A DNA stretch of 64,000 bases from Chitinivibrionales bacterium (GTDB taxonomy: Bacteria > Fibrobacterota > Chitinivibrionia > Chitinivibrionales > WJKA01). This document shows, piece by piece, positions 59,760 through 64,000 of the stretch; within the stretch, counting starts at the first letter, position 1, and every line of letters starts with the position of its first letter. Where the stretch lies: assembly GCA_038247415.1 (NCBI GenBank), contig JBBRUX010000013.1, positions 1 through 64,000 on the forward strand, given 5' to 3'. The notes under the pieces are model-generated. The model saw only the letters and a program-made list of their open reading frames with translations. It made no database searches and was not told the origin of the DNA. The translations under genes and the position numbers were made by a program.

Positions 59760-60719
59760 ATGCGTATTCTTTTTGATCCGACCTCTATTCCAGAAATACA
59801 AAAAAGTGTTGTCACCATTGGCAACTTCGATGGAGTCCATAGAGGCCATATCTCATTGATACATAAAGTAATAGAACGAGCACATACTCACAAAGCAGTC
59901 TCGGTTGCCATTACATTTGAGCCGCATACCCGACTGGTTCTAGGAAACGAGCCAATGGCTCTTTTAACAACGTTTAAAGAAAAATGCCTTCTCTTAGAAC
60001 ACACTGGCCTCGATTACCTTATATGTATATCATTTTCAAAAGCGTTTGCCTCAAAAACTCACGAAGAATTTCTCTCCGACACGCTTCTTGGAACCCTCAA
60101 AGCATGTGAAATAGTCGTTGGATCGAATCATAGTTTTGGCAAAAACAAATCGGGAGACGAGAACTTTTTGCAGAATGCCATGAGCAGAATGCATTTTAAT
60201 CTATTTGTCGCAGACCTAGAAAGCTCTTTTGGAGCACTGGTGTCTTCAACAACTATTCGCCAGGCTATTATAACTGGTGATATGGCACATGCAATAGAGC
60301 TGTTGAGTCACCCCTATCTGCTTATCGCAGAGCGGATAGCAGGGCTTGGAATTGCACGGACAATGGGTTTCCCGACCGTCAATTTTGCGTATCCTCCCGC
60401 TGTTAAAGTTCTTCCACCGCCGGGGGTGTATGCAGCAGAACTGCTTTTTAAGGGAACTGTTCAGTTTGGCGCTTTTTACATGGGCGATTGCCCTACATTT
60501 GAAGGCCGCACTGCTCACGGAGAGTTTCATTCTTTACAATATAAAGAACCTCTCCCCAATGTTTCAGAAGAAGGGTGTATTGTAATGCATTCTTTTATTC
60601 GACCCGATGAGAAATTTGATAACCCGGCGCTTTTGACCGCCCAAATTGCAAAAGATATTACTAGTATAACAACCTTTTTTTCACAGGAGAAAAAAAATGC
60701 CGATCAGCAAAGAGCGTAA
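59760..60719 (+). CDS. ribF: Riboflavin kinase/FAD synthetase
   Basis: [37 protein letters not shown]. Confidence 0.92.
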   Translation: MRILFDPTSIPEIQKSVVTIGNFDGVHRGHISLIHKVIERAHTHKAVSVAITFEPHTRLVLGNEPMALLTTFKEKCLLLEHTGLDYLICISFSKAFASKTHEEFLSDTLLGTLKACEIVVGSNHSFGKNKSGDENFLQNAMSRMHFNLFVADLESSFGALVSSTTIRQAIITGDMAHAIELLSHPYLLIAERIAGLGIARTMGFPTVNFAYPPAVKVLPPPGVYAAELLFKGTVQFGAFYMGDCPTFEGRTAHGEFHSLQYKEPLPNVSEEGCIVMHSFIRPDEKFDNPALLTAQIAKDITSITTFFSQEKKNADQQRA

Positions 60720-60966
60720 GCAAGAATTAGTTCTAACCTATGGCACAAACGAAAAAGACACTGGGAAAACAGATGTCCAGATCGCCATCTTAACAAACGA
60801 AATCAACTCGCTTACCGAACATCTCAAGCGCGAAACCAAAGATCATCACACACGCTATGGTCTTCTTAAAAAGGTTGGTGCTCGTCGCTCGCTACTGGAC
60901 TATCTTCGTAAAAAAGATATCGAAAACTATCGTTCGCTTATCAAGAAGCTTGGAATCAGAAAGTAA
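60697..60966 (+). CDS. rpsO: 30S ribosomal protein S15
   Basis: [29 protein letters not shown]. Confidence 0.97.
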   Translation: MPISKERKQELVLTYGTNEKDTGKTDVQIAILTNEINSLTEHLKRETKDHHTRYGLLKKVGARRSLLDYLRKKDIENYRSLIKKLGIRK

Positions 60967-61028
60967 TTGGATTGCCGGAGTAACCGGCCCATATCGATTG
61001 TGTTTTTCTAGAGAGGTAATGGATCTTA

Positions 61029-63119
61029 ATGGCCTATCAAACAGTAGAAACTACCGTTGGCGGAATCAAGGTTTCTATCGAAACAGGAAGACTTGCCAAA
61101 CAGGCCGGTGGAGCTGCAGTATGTCGCATGGGCGATACCATGGTGTTGGCAACTGTATGCGGAGGAGCTGCGCGCCTCGATAGCGATTTTTTCCCACTCA
61201 CCGTAGAGTTTGTTGCAAAAGCGTATGCAGCCGGAAAAATCCCTGGTGGCTTTTTTAAGCGTGAAGGTAAACCTACCGAAAAAGAAATTCTATCTGCCCG
61301 CCTAATCGACCGCCCTATTCGTCCGCTTTTTCCCGAAGGCTTTAATCGCGAAGTACAGCTTATTACAACGGTGATTTCTGCCGACGAAAAATATGATGCC
61401 GACATAGTAGGAATTATCGCTGCTTCTGCTGCACTTTCAATTTCAGATCTTCCATTTCAAGGACCAATTGCCGGTATTCGCATTGGCATGATTGATGGAC
61501 AACTCAAGGTAATTCCAACGCTTCAAGAAACCGAAGCAGGAAGCCTCGATCTTGTTGTTGCTGGTTCTGCCGACTCAATCATGATGGTTGAAGGTGGCGC
61601 TTGGGAAGTTTCCGAAGATGTCCTTCTTGAGGCAATTACTCTTGCCCACGAAGAAATCAAAAAGCTTATTGCCATTCAAACAGAACTTATGGCAAAAGTT
61701 GGTGTTGCTGCTAAACAGTTTACACCTCCCGTGCGCGACACAGAAGTATTCGATGCTGTGCATGAATTTCTCAAAGATCGCATCCACGACATTAGCTATA
61801 ACGGTCACAAAAAGACCCGTTACGATGGCATCGATGCATTGCATGCAGAAACAAAAGCAGCGTTTGCAGAACGCTTCCCCGAAAAAGAAGCCACTATTTC
61901 TGCTGCGTTCCACGAAGCTGAACGCGTGGATATCCGCACTACGATTCTTGATACGGGCGTTCGTATTGGTGGCCGTGATTGCGATACCGTACGACCAATT
62001 ACGGTTGAACTTGACATTCTTCCTCGTGCTCACGGAACAGCGCTCTTTACACGTGGAGAAACACAGGCAATGGTTGTTGCAACCCTTGGCACAAAACTCG
62101 ACGAACAGCGCATCGACAATCTTCAAGGCGAATATCATAAGTCTTATATGCTTCATTACAATTTCCCTCCGTATTCGGTTGGCGAATGTAAACGCATTGG
62201 CTCTATTGGTCGCCGCGAAATTGGTCATGGGCACCTTGCAGAACGGTCGCTCTCGCCTGTGCTTCCTTCCGAAAAAAGTTTTCCTTATACAATTCGCCTT
62301 GTATCAGAAATTCTCGAATCTAATGGATCCTCATCTATGGCATCGGTGTGTGGTGGCTCATTAGCGCTTATGGCTGCTGGTGTACCAATTAAAACCCACG
62401 TTGCAGGTGTGGCCATGGGTCTTATTAAAGAAGGTGATCGCATTGCAGTTCTTACCGATATCCTTGGCACCGAAGATCACTTAGGCGACATGGATTTTAA
62501 AGTAACCGGAACGCGCGATGGTATTACTGCTATACAAATGGATATCAAGATCAATGGTATCACAACCGATATCATGCGTACTGCTTTGGAAAAAGCCAAA
62601 ACAGCTCGTTTGCATGTTATTGGCATTATGGAGCAGGCATTACCCGCTTCACGCAAGGTTATAAGCGAATTCGCTCCCCAAATTTTCACCATGAAAATCG
62701 ACAAGGAAAAAATTCGCGATCTTATTGGACCTGGCGGAAAAATCGTTCGTGAAATTCAGGAAACAACTCAGGCAACCATCAATATTTCCGATGATGGTAC
62801 TGTCAATGTCTTTGCAACAGGGAAAGCCGCTCGCGACGCTGCAGTTGCCCGTATCAAGGCAATTGTAATCGATCCCGAAGTTGGCGATATCTTTGAAGGC
62901 AAAGTTAAAACAGTCACCGACTTTGGTGCCTTTGTAGAGTTTTTGCCTGGCAAAGACGGCTTGGTGCACATTTCTGAACTCGACAACAAGCGTGTTGAGA
63001 AAACCGACGATGTGTGCGCTGTTGGTGATATCATGCGCGTTAAGCTCATTGGTTTCGACCGTTTTGGCAAAGTCAAGCTGAGCCGCAAGGCACTCCTTGA
63101 TCCGCCGCCTGCTGCTTAA
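61029..63119 (+). CDS. pnp: Polyribonucleotide nucleotidyltransferase
   Basis: FFPLTV, RLIDRPIRPLF, RREIGHG, SNGSSSMAS, GDMDFKV, KH and S1 domains. Confidence 0.98.
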   Translation: MAYQTVETTVGGIKVSIETGRLAKQAGGAAVCRMGDTMVLATVCGGAARLDSDFFPLTVEFVAKAYAAGKIPGGFFKREGKPTEKEILSARLIDRPIRPLFPEGFNREVQLITTVISADEKYDADIVGIIAASAALSISDLPFQGPIAGIRIGMIDGQLKVIPTLQETEAGSLDLVVAGSADSIMMVEGGAWEVSEDVLLEAITLAHEEIKKLIAIQTELMAKVGVAAKQFTPPVRDTEVFDAVHEFLKDRIHDISYNGHKKTRYDGIDALHAETKAAFAERFPEKEATISAAFHEAERVDIRTTILDTGVRIGGRDCDTVRPITVELDILPRAHGTALFTRGETQAMVVATLGTKLDEQRIDNLQGEYHKSYMLHYNFPPYSVGECKRIGSIGRREIGHGHLAERSLSPVLPSEKSFPYTIRLVSEILESNGSSSMASVCGGSLALMAAGVPIKTHVAGVAMGLIKEGDRIAVLTDILGTEDHLGDMDFKVTGTRDGITAIQMDIKINGITTDIMRTALEKAKTARLHVIGIMEQALPASRKVISEFAPQIFTMKIDKEKIRDLIGPGGKIVREIQETTQATINISDDGTVNVFATGKAARDAAVARIKAIVIDPEVGDIFEGKVKTVTDFGAFVEFLPGKDGLVHISELDNKRVEKTDDVCAVGDIMRVKLIGFDRFGKVKLSRKALLDPPPAA

Positions 63120-63141
63120 TGGCCTTTGTTTGTGATACTAT

Positions 63142-63182
63142 GCCGTTTTGAAACAACCCTGTTTCAAAACGGCTTTTTTTTT
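63142..63182 (+). terminator. Intrinsic terminator after pnp
   Basis: Perfect 14-bp stem GCCGTTTTGAAACA-accc-TGTTTCAAAACGGC + T9. Confidence 0.92.
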
Positions 63183-63203
63183 AATTAAACCGAAAGTAAT
63201 GCT

Positions 63204-64000
63204 ATGAGCATGCCCTCTACACCTCCTTTTTCGGAGATCTTTACGTCTTGGGAACCACTTTTTTTTATTGCTGGTCCCTGTGTTATAGAATCCGAAGAAT
63301 TATGCTTCACTATTGCGAATGCTCTGGCACAAGCCGCGCAAAAACATTCAATTACCATTATATTCAAAGCTTCCTACGACAAAGCGAATAGAACATCGGT
63401 TACCTCTTTTCGGGGTATGGGAATGCACGAAGGACTTGCGATTCTCGATAAGATCCGCGCAAAAACTGGGCTTCCTATCATTACCGACATTCATACCGCA
63501 CACGAAGCAGAAGCCGCTGGCCAAGTTGTTGACATAATACAAATTCCTGCATTCTTATGCCGTCAAACAGACCTTTTGGTTGCAGCAGGACAAACCGGTA
63601 AAATTGTCAATATTAAAAAAGGGCAATTTGCCGCCCCTGCCGACATGCGCTTTGCACTGGATAAAACAGATGCCCCGTGCATGCTTACCGAACGAGGAAC
63701 TTTTTTTGGATATAACCGGCTGGTTGTCGATTACCCCGGAATGATTGAAATGCAGGCACTGGGTGTACCTGTTATTTTTGATGCCACGCATAGCGTACAA
63801 AAACCCGGTGGCGGGTCTGGCTGTTCTTCTGGCGATAGAACTTTGGCAATCCCACTGGCTCGCGCTGCAGCAGCCATAGGTGTTGATGGGCTCTTCTTTG
63901 AAGTACATCCCAATCCCGAAAGTGCCCTCTGCGATCGCGATAATACTGTGGCCCTGGATTCTTTCATACAAGAGCTACCCCGCCTCTTAGCCCTTAAACA
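63204..64000 (+). CDS. kdsA: KDO-8-phosphate synthase (partial, runs off the window; absent from the ORF track)
   Basis: Manual translation: IAGPCVIES, FKASYDKANRTS, QIPAFLCRQTDL, NIKKGQF, FDATHSVQKPG. Confidence 0.95.
   Translation, partial: MSMPSTPPFSEIFTSWEPLFFIAGPCVIESEELCFTIANALAQAAQKHSITIIFKASYDKANRTSVTSFRGMGMHEGLAILDKIRAKTGLPIITDIHTAHEAEAAGQVVDIIQIPAFLCRQTDLLVAAGQTGKIVNIKKGQFAAPADMRFALDKTDAPCMLTERGTFFGYNRLVVDYPGMIEMQALGVPVIFDATHSVQKPGGGSGCSSGDRTLAIPLARAAAAIGVDGLFFEVHPNPESALCDRDNTVALDSFIQELPRLLALK

Noticed and set aside
61588..62364. 258-aa alternate-frame ORF and 219-aa antisense ORF within pnp
   Set aside because: Shadow ORFs of a conserved, codon-biased gene; no motifs.
63185..63971. 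Short ORFs called at the window end
   Set aside because: The region is explained by kdsA on the plus strand, which lacks a stop inside the window.
1..64000. CRISPR arrays, tRNA/rRNA genes, transposases, integrases
   Set aside because: None recognised by eye; intergenic gaps are short and no ORF carries such motifs. A tRNAscan/Infernal run would be needed to exclude small RNAs.

Overview
64 kb bacterial chromosomal segment, probably Fibrobacterota (Chitinispirillia/Chitinivibrionia-like). The lineage is inferred from a TIGR02147-like gene, Fibrobacterota-style lipoproteins and DUF2341/LamG surface proteins. In order: a TIGR01212-like radical SAM gene and a TPR protein; a lone flagellin with two sigma28-type promoters and CsrA-type hairpins; a compact RiPP-like cassette; a minus-strand polysaccharide operon with unusual architectures; a beta-helix/beta-barrel protein and a FecR-like protein; an nhaD remnant; a Ser/Thr kinase, beta-helix protein, two paralogous giant lipoproteins and a hybrid histidine kinase; an LPS core/glycosyltransferase block; a truncated CE2 esterase; and the rimP-nusA-infB-rbfA-nrnA-truB-ribF-rpsO-pnp operon followed by a partial kdsA. 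The best candidate for an undescribed system is the RiPP-like cassette at 3788-7399. It has an HprK-like kinase, a PqqD/RRE protein, a radical SAM/SPASM enzyme, an S24/S26 peptidase, a 53-aa five-Cys precursor with a YEKP leader motif, and a convergent nucleotidyltransferase. The polysaccharide operon carries an OPX protein, a MinD-like ATPase, an ExeA-like ATPase, a Wzc with an extra TM plus NTF2-like tail, an SLBB-FecR-LCP fusion and rfbD/rfbB. No rRNA, tRNA, CRISPR array or IS element was recognised. All family calls come from motif recognition by eye, not from database searches.
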